Shown here: positions 11,725 through 22,338 of the stretch, in pieces | How positions within the stretch are numbered: the stretch's first letter is position 1 | How the letters are laid out: every line of letters begins with the position of its first letter | Assembly (NCBI GenBank): GCA_963664115.2 | Contig: CAXWPJ010000002.1 | Location: forward strand, 704,001 to 768,000 | Direction of reading: 5' to 3' | DNA length: 64,000 nucleotides | Source: Terriglobia bacterium | GTDB taxonomy: Bacteria > Acidobacteriota > Terriglobia > 20CM-2-55-15 | The notes under the pieces: generated by a model | The model's input: only the letters and a program-made list of their open reading frames with translations | The model's database searches: none | Told to the model about the DNA's origin: nothing | Translations under genes and position numbers: made by a program

Positions 11725-11923
11725 TAGAAGGTTTCGCTGGGTCGTTCAATCGGCCATCCTGGCCGAACGACCGGCGACCCTCACCATCATCCTGATGGCG
11801 AGGCTTATTAGGCATAGCGGAATGTTGATGCAGTTCCCCAACAAAACCCGCAGCGTTCCTCGCTGCGGGTGAACAACGAGGCGGAAGCCGAGGCGTTTAG
11901 AGTAATAAAATTATCGGATCGGA
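11725..11923. repeat. Multi-hairpin intergenic element E, copy 2 (inverted)
   Basis: Reverse complement of 8886-9086 with substitutions that preserve pairing. Confidence 0.9.
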
Positions 11924-11964
11924 TCAGTTCGAAACTGATAGGGATTCAACTTCAGGCCAGAAGG

Positions 11965-12684
11965 CTACACCATGTGTTCGTTCAAAAACGCAATCGTCCG
12001 TTCCCATCCGTCCTGAGCAGCCTCAGCGTTATAGGATGCCCGCTCTTCACACATGAAACCGTGTCCCGCGTCCGGATAGATCTGGATTTCGGCACTCTTT
12101 CCAAGTTTCGCCAGACGATCTTCTGTGGCCTGGATGTGTTCGGCTGGAATGCTCTGGTCCTGTCCACCGTAGGCGAGGAACATCGGTGCCTGTATGGACT
12201 CGGCTTCATCCAGCGGGATTGCCGTGAGCCCCTGGAAGCGACTCCTGGTAGCGATGCCGCCACCGTAAAACGATACGCACGCTTTCAATTCCGGAGTGCG
12301 GCAGGCCGCAAGGAATGCCACGCGGCCACCCATGCAGTAGCCCACGATTCCGAGGCGGGCTTCATCGATATCCGGCTGCGACTTCAGATACTCGAACACG
12401 GAGTCGATGTCGGACATGACCGAGGCGTCGGTAATCGTGTCGGCCACTTCGAGGGCGCTGTCTCTGTTGGAGTAGGGAAGGACACGCGCGCCTTCGTATC
12501 GATGGTAAAAGTCGGGGGCCGCCGCTAAGTATCCGTTTTCCGCGAACCGGCGACAAAGGTCTTCCATATGGCGGTTGAGACCGAAGATTTCGAAGCACAG
12601 GACAACGGCACCTTTCGGGGTGCCTTCGGGCCGTGCGAGATAGGCTGCCGTTCCCTTGGCGTCGACCCTGCCTTGATCAATCAT
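11965..12684 (-). CDS. Dienelactone hydrolase family protein
   Basis: EIFGLN, GYCMGG nucleophile and AGHGF motifs. Confidence 0.93.
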   Translation of the reverse strand: MIDQGRVDAKGTAAYLARPEGTPKGAVVLCFEIFGLNRHMEDLCRRFAENGYLAAAPDFYHRYEGARVLPYSNRDSALEVADTITDASVMSDIDSVFEYLKSQPDIDEARLGIVGYCMGGRVAFLAACRTPELKACVSFYGGGIATRSRFQGLTAIPLDEAESIQAPMFLAYGGQDQSIPAEHIQATEDRLAKLGKSAEIQIYPDAGHGFMCEERASYNAEAAQDGWERTIAFLNEHMV

Positions 12685-12709
12685 TTAAATTCCTCCGGTT
12701 TTCCTGTCA

Positions 12710-14941
12710 TCAGAAGCGATGCGTGTAAACCAACTTGGCAGCCGCGCTGCGGTCCTGGATGATGAGTTCCTCTCCGGTGTCGTGCCAGTTGTTTAACCAT
12801 ACGACGTAAATGTCGTTTCCGGGATCCAGAATCCAGCGAAAGCGGAACTGCCAGCCCAGAATCCGGCTCAAGCTATCGTACTGTACATTGTTCGAGAGGG
12901 AGACGAAGGGGTTGAACTGCGTATCCACCACGGCTCTCAGGACCTTCGTTGAAAAATTGCCTTCGTCGAGTTCTATACGATTGAACGATGAACTGAGCGA
13001 GGCGACAACTCCCCGGCGCGGTCGCACATTCAAGCCTAAAGCGATTTCCCGGCGGGTTCCTGAGTAGAATGACCCCAGTGTCGCGCTGGCGTTACCAGCC
13101 ACCGCCCGCCGGCTGGCTGTGTTAAATCCGAAACGGTAGCGTGTGTACTCGTAGACGTTTCCTCTGGGAAGCGTGACCTCAGGTGTGATACGAAAGTCAC
13201 GTAGCAGGCGTTCATAAGTTGTCGACGTGATGGAGAGGTTTAATCGGTCGCCCGAGTGGAAGTCCAGGTTGAAGCTGACAGGGTAGTTCCGTTCCGCCCA
13301 ACGGCCGTCCCCGTCGGTGATCAGCGCTGCGTATCCCTGCACCCTAAAGTTGCGTATCCACGGGTGGTTTTCCGGACGCAGGACATAACCAGTCACCGGT
13401 TGTATGTGACGGTAATTGGTCCTTTGGACAAAACCTACGGCAGGATCAAAATTCTCTTCAGCTGCGTTCATCCAGATCCGAGCACTCCAGGGTTCGTTTG
13501 GAAAGACCAGGCGGAGTCCATAAGCGGCATTCTTGTCCTTGTCGTCTCCATTGTGTGTTTTGGCGTAATAGGCATTGAACTGCAGGTTCTTGTCTCCCAG
13601 GAACTGTGCCGTAGCCATTTGAAAATCCGCCCCGATCGTGTGGCGGTCCGGCGCGTTTGAATCGCGGGTCGCACGCCGCGTATAGATCAGGCCTGCATAG
13701 GATTGCGTGAAGAACTGGCGTTTGGGTCGAATAACGGTGAAATCTTCGCCGGCAACCGCAGGTTCCTCCGCGGTCCGGACCTCGAGCACTCCCAGATTGA
13801 AACCGGCGGCCTGCCCGACTAACTTCACCCCGTAATCGATCTTCTGGGGCCGCCCGTTATTCAAGCCGATACGGCGTGAAAAGAACGCGCTGATAGTTCT
13901 GCTCCCCTCGCGGGTAAAGTCGAAATCACCCGCGCCCTCGAGAAAGAAGTCTCTCTTCTCGGGGAAGAATAGAGGGAATCGCGTCAGATTGACCTGGCGG
14001 TCGTCGACTTCGGTCTGAGCAAAGTCCGTGTTGATTGTAAGGTTTGCCTGGAGTTGGGGCGTCAGTTTGTAGAAGACGTCCAGACCGACCTCTGCGTTGT
14101 AATCGGCAGGCGTAGCGTTATTTATGACATTGCTGTAGGTGCCGATGACGTAGGGCTGTATGTCGAGGCCGCGACCCTGGCTGGCTCCGGTGATTCCTTC
14201 GATACGTCCGGCCGCAGTGAGAACCATGAGGCCTTCGTTCCGTCCCCATCCGGACCAGAGGTCTTCTTCGTTTTTGCGCCGCACTGTTCTCTGAAAATTC
14301 GCGCCCCAGGCTTCGGCGTCCGGGTCGAAGTTGATTGTGCTGAAAGGAATGTCGACCTCGACGGTCCAACCCCTGTCGTGCCGGCTCACGCGCGCTGTCC
14401 AAATACCATCCCATGCCCGGTTCTGAGTGGTGCCGAACCGGCCACTGGTTCCAGGCACTAATTGGGCGTCGCCTATGGCTCCCGCCGGGTTGACTTCGAA
14501 GAAGTATCCGCTGCGTTGGTCGTAATGCGGATCGATGGTCCACATGAAACGGTCGTCCGCCTCCAGGCTTCCATCGCGAACCATCTGGTTGGCTAGCAGG
14601 CCACCGGGATCCGAGTCTGAGAGTTCCGCGCCGATGTAGAGATTGGTCTCGCTGTAGACGATGCGAATCTCCGTCTCTTCGGTGGACGGTTCTCCGCTCT
14701 GTGGATCCGACTGCCTGAAGTCCGATGCCGGCACGGCCCTTTCCCAGACAGCCTCGTCGAGACGGCCATTAAGAGTGATCTCATCTTCGGGACTCAGACG
14801 AATCGCCCGGACGCTCGGCCGGTTGCTGTTCCCTTCCGGAAGCTGCAGGGCCGAGACCTCAGGGCCGGAGACCACAGTCGTCAGTGATAGAACAGTAGCG
14901 CAGAGCCAATAGCGCAACCGCAGGGACTTTACTCTGTGCAT
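12710..14941 (-). CDS. CBM9-like plus DUF5916 outer-membrane protein
   Basis: LNGRLDEAVW N-terminal domain, NTDFAQTEVD..QVNLTRFPLFFPEKRDFFLEG motif and a terminal Phe. Confidence 0.8.
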   Translation of the reverse strand: MHRVKSLRLRYWLCATVLSLTTVVSGPEVSALQLPEGNSNRPSVRAIRLSPEDEITLNGRLDEAVWERAVPASDFRQSDPQSGEPSTEETEIRIVYSETNLYIGAELSDSDPGGLLANQMVRDGSLEADDRFMWTIDPHYDQRSGYFFEVNPAGAIGDAQLVPGTSGRFGTTQNRAWDGIWTARVSRHDRGWTVEVDIPFSTINFDPDAEAWGANFQRTVRRKNEEDLWSGWGRNEGLMVLTAAGRIEGITGASQGRGLDIQPYVIGTYSNVINNATPADYNAEVGLDVFYKLTPQLQANLTINTDFAQTEVDDRQVNLTRFPLFFPEKRDFFLEGAGDFDFTREGSRTISAFFSRRIGLNNGRPQKIDYGVKLVGQAAGFNLGVLEVRTAEEPAVAGEDFTVIRPKRQFFTQSYAGLIYTRRATRDSNAPDRHTIGADFQMATAQFLGDKNLQFNAYYAKTHNGDDKDKNAAYGLRLVFPNEPWSARIWMNAAEENFDPAVGFVQRTNYRHIQPVTGYVLRPENHPWIRNFRVQGYAALITDGDGRWAERNYPVSFNLDFHSGDRLNLSITSTTYERLLRDFRITPEVTLPRGNVYEYTRYRFGFNTASRRAVAGNASATLGSFYSGTRREIALGLNVRPRRGVVASLSSSFNRIELDEGNFSTKVLRAVVDTQFNPFVSLSNNVQYDSLSRILGWQFRFRWILDPGNDIYVVWLNNWHDTGEELIIQDRSAAAKLVYTHRF

Positions 14942-15753
14942 TCCGCGGAGACCATCCCCATCGTGGTGAGCGAAAGGCTTTGGCCCTCTGACGTTCGGAT
15001 CATCAAGCCCTTGGCCTGGACCTTGTGTGCTTCATGATCGGCGGGATCGAAGCCGCGGACGAAAGCCATATCGCGCAAGCCGAACGTTTCGCTACCCAAC
15101 GGAATGGACTCTGCGGAAATCAATTCCTCGGTCGTGGCATCGAACGGGAGTGTCTGTGACCGGACGGGACGGCTCGTACGGGTCAGGATCCAATCGCTTC
15201 CGGGCGTCCGTGTCAGACAGCCCACGACCATGGCCAAAGCGCCGATCGGTAAGGGTTGAGGCCCCTCCGGTCCCACGAAGAGGACTGCGCTGAGTTGTTC
15301 CTCCGTGAGTTCCTCGCGACCGGCCTGTCCGCCGTTTCCACTGACGATATAGGCCAGGATGTCCAGGTATGTGTCGTCAGGCAGTATGAGAGGGTTTTCG
15401 TTTCGACGGGGTGGCATGGAATTGGAAATAAAACCGTAGAGCAGTTGGAGGTTGTATTCCCGCCACTTTTCGACAAAGTCCGGCCCCCGGAGCGCAGAGT
15501 TTCGACCCCCGGTCAAATTCAGACCATGACACCCGGAACATCGGACTTCAAAGGCGTCTTGTCCGCGGGCGATCTGTTCCGGGTTGGAGACGCCGTCGAG
15601 GATCGTCCGGATGTTTGCGTCCGGGGACTGCAACCGTCCGGCAACTGCCTCGGAAGTGAAGATGCTGCTTGCCGGTCCAACAATCAGGACAATCGTCGCG
15701 AGAAAGAAACGAATATGCATGCCAATCCTTTCAGTATAGATGGGGAGAGACAA
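14929..15753 (-). CDS. Monoheme c-type cytochrome
   Basis: Signal peptide, CSGCH and distal SMPP. Confidence 0.8.
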   Translation of the reverse strand: MSLPIYTERIGMHIRFFLATIVLIVGPASSIFTSEAVAGRLQSPDANIRTILDGVSNPEQIARGQDAFEVRCSGCHGLNLTGGRNSALRGPDFVEKWREYNLQLLYGFISNSMPPRRNENPLILPDDTYLDILAYIVSGNGGQAGREELTEEQLSAVLFVGPEGPQPLPIGALAMVVGCLTRTPGSDWILTRTSRPVRSQTLPFDATTEELISAESIPLGSETFGLRDMAFVRGFDPADHEAHKVQAKGLMIRTSEGQSLSLTTMGMVSAECTE

Positions 15754-15894
15754 CCCGATTCCCCAGCTTTCGAATTCGATCTAAAGATATTTGCAAGTTC
15801 TGCGGTGGGTAATCAGCGTAAAACGGGACGGACACTTCATTCGAAATTCATCCCTCAGGCCAACATTTAGCAAGAAGTGTCCGTCCCTATGCGA

Positions 15895-17556
15895 TCAGTC
15901 GTCGCTCAGCTGGTTTCCTCTCAAGGCGGCCAAGGCCATCCGCGCTTCCCGGTTCGGATCGTTGACGACCCTCACTTCGTCGCCAAACATCATCGTCGGG
16001 AAGTCGGTCGGGTTGAACGCCGGCCAGGCCGGCATATCTCGGTGGTTCGGATCGCCGTTTCTAGCGAACGCAGCCCACGCCGCACTCATCACGTGAGAGA
16101 GCTGATAGCGCGATTGTGCGGAACCCGTCATCGACGCTGCGATATCCATGTTGTAGAAGACGAACGGAATATCCAGTGTGTGGTAGGCGCCCATACGGTT
16201 GTCGTGTACCGGCGAATGCCAGTCGAGGAAATACAGGTAGCTGGGTGCATCGCCCTGATCGTACTTGAGCTGACCCAGGGTCTGAGCCCTCCAGCGCCGC
16301 GAGTTGTCCGACTCTGCGGTCAGCCAGAGCATCTGGTTTCGCTTCTCCGGGTGGAGTCTTTTGTAGAGATCCAGCAACTCCTGCCCCTTTGCCGCATCGT
16401 CGTTTGCCAGTCGCGTCGTGAAACGATCGAGCATGTCGCCCTCGGACAGCTCGTAGGGCGGCGGGCCGCTCCAGCCGTTCTCCGTTTCGGTGGAGCCCAT
16501 CATCAGGGGAACACTGGACGAATAGGAGGGCGCAGTCGGATCCCACTGGTGGCGCGGAATGATGGTGCCGTCGATGACGGGACCCGAGCCCAGTCCCCGA
16601 ATCCGTGGCTCGCTATAGAAAGCGTCCTGGATCTGCCGGAAGTTCAAGCGCTGGAGTTCGTCCAACTGGTTGCTTGGGAGTCCGAGCTTTCCCAGAAATC
16701 GCTCGGCGGCTTCACTGGCATCGGATGCGAGCGTGCCTCTGAAGGCCGAACCGCTCTGGGCAATCGAGCGATGGAACAGACCCTCGGCCGAAGGCATGGC
16801 CATCATTGTGGTGGTCTTCCCGCCGCCTCCGGACTGACCGAAGATGGTCACGTTGTCGGGGTCTCCCCCAAAATTTTCAATGTTGTCCCGGATCCACTCC
16901 AATGTCGCGACGAGGTCCTGGACTCCCATGTTGGTCGACTGCGCCCACTTGTCGCCGCCGAGATCCGTCAGGTGCAGGAAACCGAAGATGTTCAGGCGGT
17001 GATTGACCACCACCACCACCACGTTTTCCTTTTTGGCCAGGTTGGTGCCGTCATAGAGAAGATAGTTTCCGGATCCTCCCGAGAATCCGCCGCCGTGCAT
17101 CCAAACCATCACCGGCCGAGCTCTGTTGTCCACCGCCGGTGTGAATATGTTCACGCTGAGGCAGTCTTCGCCCTCTTCGTCTCTGCGGTCCAGTGCCAGT
17201 ACGACTGGAGCCGGTGGGCCGGCGCCGGGTTGCAGTGGTGCGCGGTGGCCAATCTGAAAGTGGTCTCGAACTCCGGACCAGGGTGCGGGTTTCTGCGGGG
17301 GCATGAAACGGTTCGCGCCGTCGGTGGGTGCGCCATAGGGCAGGCCCCAGAACTGATGCACTCTGTCCTTAAGCAGGCCCCTGACGCGTCCCGACTGCGT
17401 CGACACGGTACCGCCCATCAGGGTCAGTCGCATATCCTGTGCGGACGCCCCGGCCCGGGCGCCGCCAACGAACAGGCCGGCAGTGGCCATCGCTCCTGTT
17501 CCAAGAAAAGTCCGGCGGTTCATCCCCGACCGCCCCTTCTTACGACTCGAACTCAT
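15895..17556 (-). CDS. Carboxylesterase type B with Tat signal
   Basis: NRRTFL, EDCL, WMHGGGF, FGQSGGG and GAYH motifs. Confidence 0.93.
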   Translation of the reverse strand: MSSSRKKGRSGMNRRTFLGTGAMATAGLFVGGARAGASAQDMRLTLMGGTVSTQSGRVRGLLKDRVHQFWGLPYGAPTDGANRFMPPQKPAPWSGVRDHFQIGHRAPLQPGAGPPAPVVLALDRRDEEGEDCLSVNIFTPAVDNRARPVMVWMHGGGFSGGSGNYLLYDGTNLAKKENVVVVVVNHRLNIFGFLHLTDLGGDKWAQSTNMGVQDLVATLEWIRDNIENFGGDPDNVTIFGQSGGGGKTTTMMAMPSAEGLFHRSIAQSGSAFRGTLASDASEAAERFLGKLGLPSNQLDELQRLNFRQIQDAFYSEPRIRGLGSGPVIDGTIIPRHQWDPTAPSYSSSVPLMMGSTETENGWSGPPPYELSEGDMLDRFTTRLANDDAAKGQELLDLYKRLHPEKRNQMLWLTAESDNSRRWRAQTLGQLKYDQGDAPSYLYFLDWHSPVHDNRMGAYHTLDIPFVFYNMDIAASMTGSAQSRYQLSHVMSAAWAAFARNGDPNHRDMPAWPAFNPTDFPTMMFGDEVRVVNDPNREARMALAALRGNQLSDD

Positions 17557-18061
17557 ATCCTTCCCTCCTGCACACCTACTGAAATAATTGCGGTGATGAT
17601 CAGCGTGTCGTTTGACCTGAAAACTATACAACAGGCAAATAGGGACGCCACATATTTTGTGGGCCGATGGCTGTCTTTGTCCCCAGTGATGGAGGGCCCC
17701 ATCGACACGGCTCGCGCTGCGATCAGGAGGGTCTTGCGCGTTTGAAAATCATGACACCGGGCTGACCCACACGCGCCCTTGGAATGTCTCGGTCACTTTC
17801 TCCGAGTCCAAGCTGAGGCGGGGGTCTGGGGCCGAAGATTTCAGTCGGAGCCACTGATTCCAACCCATGTTTCCACCGGTCTCGCTCCGGACGCGACCCG
17901 GTTGCCCGATTTAGAAATCTCTCGATTTTCGATGTTCGATGTAAATCTGTATGTGTTTCAATGCAGAATTCGTATCCATCGGCCCCAGGCGCGGCCCCAG
18001 GCCCGATCGGCTGATAGCTGTGACTGACAATCTGTTGGAGAAATTATCGGAGGAGTAGACG

Positions 18062-18469
18062 ATGCTTGGAACGAATCAATACATTACCTTGAAAGGCGCA
18101 CAGGCCATGATGGCGGCAGCGGATGCGGTGGCGCGAGACAATGATTGGACGGTGGCTATTGCGATCGTAGATGCGTCGGCCAACCTGATCATGTTTCAGA
18201 GAATGGACGGCGTCCAGACGGGCAGTCTGGCCGTGTCCATCGGAAAGGCGCAGACAGCGGCGAAGTTCAATCGTACCTCGAAGGAGCTGGAGGACATGGT
18301 CACCGGCCCGCGTCCAGGTTTCTTGGCTGTGGAAGGTATTGTTCCCGTCCAGGGGGGTGTGCCTGTCGTGGTCGCCGGTAAGGTCATTGGAGCGGTTGGT
18401 GTGAGCGGCGTACAGTCCGCCCAGGATGAGCAGGTAGCGATCGCGGCGATTCACGGATTACAAATCTGA
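18062..18469 (+). CDS. GlcG/HbpS family heme-binding protein
   Basis: IAIVD, RMDG, KAQTA and GAVGVSG motifs. Confidence 0.9.
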   Translation: MLGTNQYITLKGAQAMMAAADAVARDNDWTVAIAIVDASANLIMFQRMDGVQTGSLAVSIGKAQTAAKFNRTSKELEDMVTGPRPGFLAVEGIVPVQGGVPVVVAGKVIGAVGVSGVQSAQDEQVAIAAIHGLQI

Positions 18470-18501
18470 AACTGTATCGGTCTATAATGGTTGTTTGACC
18501 T

Positions 18502-19581
18502 ATGACCGAGATGTTCCACAAGACCGACGACCTTCGCATTGACGACATCGAGGAGTTGTCGCCTCCGAGTCACCTGCTGAGGGAATTTCCCGTCAGCGAG
18601 GCAGTCGCCACCCTGACGCACGACACGCGGCAGGCTATCCATCAGATACTGAATGGAGCGGATGACCGCTTACTTGCCATAGTCGGTCCCTGCTCCATAC
18701 ATGATCCGGCCGCCGCGTTGGAGTATGCCGGGAGGCTCAAGGCTGAAAGAGACCGTCTGGGGGGAGACCTGGTCGTCGTAATGCGGGTGTACTTCGAGAA
18801 GCCGCGGACCACTGTGGGATGGAAGGGCCTCATCAACGATCCGCACCTGGACGGTAGCTGCCAGATCAACGAGGGCATCCGCATCGGGCGCCAGTTGCTG
18901 TTGAAACTCAACGAGCTTGGGATGCCGGCGGGTGTCGAATACCTTGACGTGATCTCCCCTCAGTATCTTGCGGATCTGGTGAGCTGGGGTGCGATCGGTG
19001 CGCGTACGACCGAAAGTCAGGTTCATCGGGAGCTCGCTTCGGGGCTGTCGTGCCCGGTAGGGTTCAAAAACGGAACCGACGGAAATTTGAAGATTGCGGT
19101 GGACGCGATCCGGACCTCCGAGCATTCGCATCATTTTTTGTCGGTGACCAAGGCCGGTCACTCTGCGATCGTAACGACGAGCGGCAACGAAGACTGCCAT
19201 CTCATCCTGAGGGGCGGTAAAGAGCCGAACTACGACGCGGCGAGTGTGGCAGCAGCTTCCGGGCAACTCTCGGCCGCCGGTTTAGCCCCACGCTTGATGA
19301 TCGACCTGAGTCATTCCAACAGTCAGAAGAACCATATGCGCCAGATTGACGTCGGGCGGGATGTCGCCTCCCAGGTTGCCGGCGGCGACGACGGGATCAT
19401 CGGAGTGATGGTCGAGAGCCATTTGAACGCGGGCCGGCAGGACCTGGAACCGGGGAAAAACCTGGCATACGGCCAGAGCATCACGGACGCCTGTATCGGC
19501 TGGGAAGATACCGTGCCCGTGTTGGACGCGTTCGCCGATGCCGTTCGTGCCCGCCGCAGCAAGCGCGAATCGGACAACTAG
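18502..19581 (+). CDS. aroG: DAHP synthase, class I
   Basis: GPCSIHD, YFEKPRTTVGWKG, IGARTTESQVHRE and SITDAC motifs. Confidence 0.95.
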   Translation: MTEMFHKTDDLRIDDIEELSPPSHLLREFPVSEAVATLTHDTRQAIHQILNGADDRLLAIVGPCSIHDPAAALEYAGRLKAERDRLGGDLVVVMRVYFEKPRTTVGWKGLINDPHLDGSCQINEGIRIGRQLLLKLNELGMPAGVEYLDVISPQYLADLVSWGAIGARTTESQVHRELASGLSCPVGFKNGTDGNLKIAVDAIRTSEHSHHFLSVTKAGHSAIVTTSGNEDCHLILRGGKEPNYDAASVAAASGQLSAAGLAPRLMIDLSHSNSQKNHMRQIDVGRDVASQVAGGDDGIIGVMVESHLNAGRQDLEPGKNLAYGQSITDACIGWEDTVPVLDAFADAVRARRSKRESDN

Positions 19582-19623
19582 CGTTCTCTGTTGAAAGTTC
19601 GGTGCGGGACAGATTTGTCCAGG

Positions 19624-19853
19624 TCAGATCGGATCATCTTCTTACTCTAAACGCCTCGGCTTCCGCCTCGTTGCTATGAAAGCCGTTCACCCGCAGCGAG
19701 GAACGCTGCGGGTTTGTTTAAAGAACTACATCAACGTTTCGTTAATCCTAATACGCCTCTCCATCAGAATGATGGAGAGGGTCGCCGGTCGTTCGGCCAA
19801 CGCGTGGAACGCGACAGAGATGGTCATCCGATTGAACGACCGAGCGAAATCTT
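19624..19853. repeat. Multi-hairpin intergenic element E, copy 3
   Basis: Same stems as copy 1 with two small structured insertions. Confidence 0.9.
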
Positions 19854-19887
19854 ACACCGCGAACTTATTGCCGAGGACCCCAGAACG

Positions 19888-20685
19888 TTACAACTCACAC
19901 GGTGTCGGGTCCCATCCCGAGTCATCCGGCTCCTTCCGGAACTGCAGGGTCCGGATGTAGCGTGCTGCAAGATAGGCGGGGTCTTCAAGGATCGTCGTCA
20001 GCACAAGATACTCCACGCCTCTGTCCTCCAGCGTGATTAAGGACTCTCTGTAAACGGCCTGATCACTGTAAGGAATACCATGTCTGAAAAAGTGGCCCGC
20101 GGCGATGTGCGTGGTAACCACGTTCAACTCACCCGATGCCCTCTCTTCGGGCAACGACCCGTTCCGACGGCCACCCGTTGCGCGCCACGCCGCGAGGGAA
20201 TGGCCTTGAGGTGTCGGTGGCCCGCCTGCGGGAGGCGATCCATCGAAATGAAACAGCCGGGTTTGCATACCGGCGTCGACGTCAATCCGAAGAGTGTTGT
20301 CGTCTTCCCAGGTGATGTGGAATCTTCCGGGGATCCGCATGATTCCCGCGGCCCCGTAAGCGGCGCATTCCTCGCCCCGGGCCAGAGCTTCTTCCGGATC
20401 CCAGCTGTCGGCGACGCGGCGGCCTTCCTCGTTGAGCGGCAGATAATCGTAGTCGCCCCGTTGGGCCGTTCGCATACGCAAGCGCCAGTCTTCGCTGACG
20501 ATGGACACCCAGTATCCGGTCAAGTCGATGGGCGCAGCAACTCTCGCCGGTTCCGGAACCTGCTCTTGATTCCGCTGTGCATCCAGGGCAAGCGGCATGG
20601 CAAGAATGATCGAGGCGGTGGCTCCGATCAGCGACGTCAAAGCCGACCTGGGCAAAATCTTGGTGTTCACTATTGTTTCTTCCAA
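19888..20685 (-). CDS. Secreted hypothetical protein (DL.G.W family)
   Basis: Signal peptide, IDLTGYW, C..YG, GHS..W and EDPAYL motifs, terminal PTPC. Confidence 0.8.
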   Translation of the reverse strand: MEETIVNTKILPRSALTSLIGATASIILAMPLALDAQRNQEQVPEPARVAAPIDLTGYWVSIVSEDWRLRMRTAQRGDYDYLPLNEEGRRVADSWDPEEALARGEECAAYGAAGIMRIPGRFHITWEDDNTLRIDVDAGMQTRLFHFDGSPPAGGPPTPQGHSLAAWRATGGRRNGSLPEERASGELNVVTTHIAAGHFFRHGIPYSDQAVYRESLITLEDRGVEYLVLTTILEDPAYLAARYIRTLQFRKEPDDSGWDPTPCEL

Positions 20686-20712
20686 CCCTAAAACAACCCG
20701 ACAATCGGCGTT

Positions 20713-21114
20713 TTAATCGAAGACTTCTCCAGGGCTTTGACCCCATCCGAAACCGTCCGATTCCCGCCGTAGAGACTCCATCTTCACCCGATGGTCAATC
20801 CCCACGTTCCGACTGGGAACCCCGGAGATCACCACCCGGTCACCCGGTCTCAGGGTTGTGCGGGTGACGCCCTGCCTTCCGAGTTGACCCGCGCCGCCCC
20901 ACTCCACACCCCAACGATGTATCTCGCCATTTGCGTCAGGAGCCATGACGTGAACGAAAGCGTGCGGGTTGCGGAACATGAAGGCGACAATTTCACCTTC
21001 GATTTCTATCGATTCGTCTTCCGCATAGGTCGATGCAAAGGAGTGGTGCGCGGTGGCCATCCCTTCCGGGAGCATTGCTCCGGCTACCAGTAGGACAAGT
21101 AGTTTTGCTTTCAT
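20713..21114 (-). CDS. DUF6152-like secreted protein
   Basis: AHHSFAS.Y and FRNPH motifs. Confidence 0.8.
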   Translation of the reverse strand: MKAKLLVLLVAGAMLPEGMATAHHSFASTYAEDESIEIEGEIVAFMFRNPHAFVHVMAPDANGEIHRWGVEWGGAGQLGRQGVTRTTLRPGDRVVISGVPSRNVGIDHRVKMESLRRESDGFGWGQSPGEVFD

Positions 21115-21168
21115 CGCCAGTCCTCCAGCTTCGTACGCTGATTTTCAGACGCTAGATCTTCGGAACCC

Positions 21169-22283
21169 TTAGGGCGCATCGCTGAGACTTGTGTAAACGG
21201 CTTCGACGAAGGTATCCGTCGTCCAGAAGCCCTCGTCGCTGCCGTAGATGGTGTCGTAATCCAGCGTTGGCCGGCCCGCTTTCACCTCTTCCAGCGTCAT
21301 GCCCTGATCGATCATGTTTTGAATGCGGTCGCGGATTATCGTGATCATGTCCCTGTAGTAGCCGACATCCGCAGAATCGGAAACCCTTCCGTGGCCCGGG
21401 ATGATCATGGTGCCACCTTCAGTCCGGAACTCAGGGAAGGCCAGCTCCAGAATGAAGTTTAACGAGTCGACGACACCCTGAATGCTCCCACCGCGTTCGA
21501 GATCGATGATCGGGTAGCTCGTCGGCGTGTACAGCTCGTCGGCGTGTACAGATCGCCAGTTGCAATCACATCCGAACCCCGGAACCATACGAGAGAGTCA
21601 CCGTCGGTATGTGCTGACGGTCTGTGAATCAGTTGCACGCCCTCGCCGTTCATGTGGTGGCTGAGCTTGTACTGACTCACATAGTATGTGTCCGTCGGCC
21701 ACACATCCGTCGGCAGGTCCGCCCGCGCCATCCGCCCCAGTACGTTCTCATGCGCCCAGACCAGGGCGCCTTCGGCGGCATCCGCGATCGTTGCCGCGAC
21801 ATTGCCGCCCGTTATTGTCGCGCCCGCCGCGGACAGGACCGCATTGCCGCCGGTGTGGTCGTCATGGATATGGGTGTTGAGGATGTACCGAATCGGCTTG
21901 GGTGGAGGTGGGGTCGCCCGCCCCCGCTCCATCGACGACACCGTCTCTGAAGCAAAACCCAGGCGCTGAGGCTGAACGAATGCGAGGTTTCTCTGCAACT
22001 CCCGGACGGCCGCCAGCACGGCTTCGGCTCCGTCCGCTCTTCCCGTGTCCACAAGCAAGACGCCGTCGGGTCCGACCTGTACCGCAACGTTTCCGCCATT
22101 TCCTGCGATCAGATAGACGGATCCCTGTACATGAAGCGTCTCGATACTGGGGCTGTTTTCTTGAGCGTATGCGGAGTCGATCCATTCCATCCCCGCTCCC
22201 AGGAACAGGAGCGCCCCGCCGAAGAGGCAGACGGGCATCAATGACTTCCTGAAAATCGATGCCCTGCAGATGGCTTTCTTCAT
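21169..22283 (-). pseudogene. MBL-fold metallo-hydrolase (cyclase-like), frameshifted
   Basis: THIHDDHTGGN, AHTDGD and TGD in one frame, IPGHG in the next. A 17-bp tandem duplication at 21516-21549 shifts the frame. The start is approximate. Confidence 0.8.
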
Positions 22284-22338
22284 TGCCCTCGCTCCCAATG
22301 CTGACTTGACCTGGACATGGGACCCCAATAATTTGGCG

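Noticed and set aside
15877-17745. 622-aa plus-strand ORF
   Set aside because: Antisense shadow of the carboxylesterase with no recognisable motifs.
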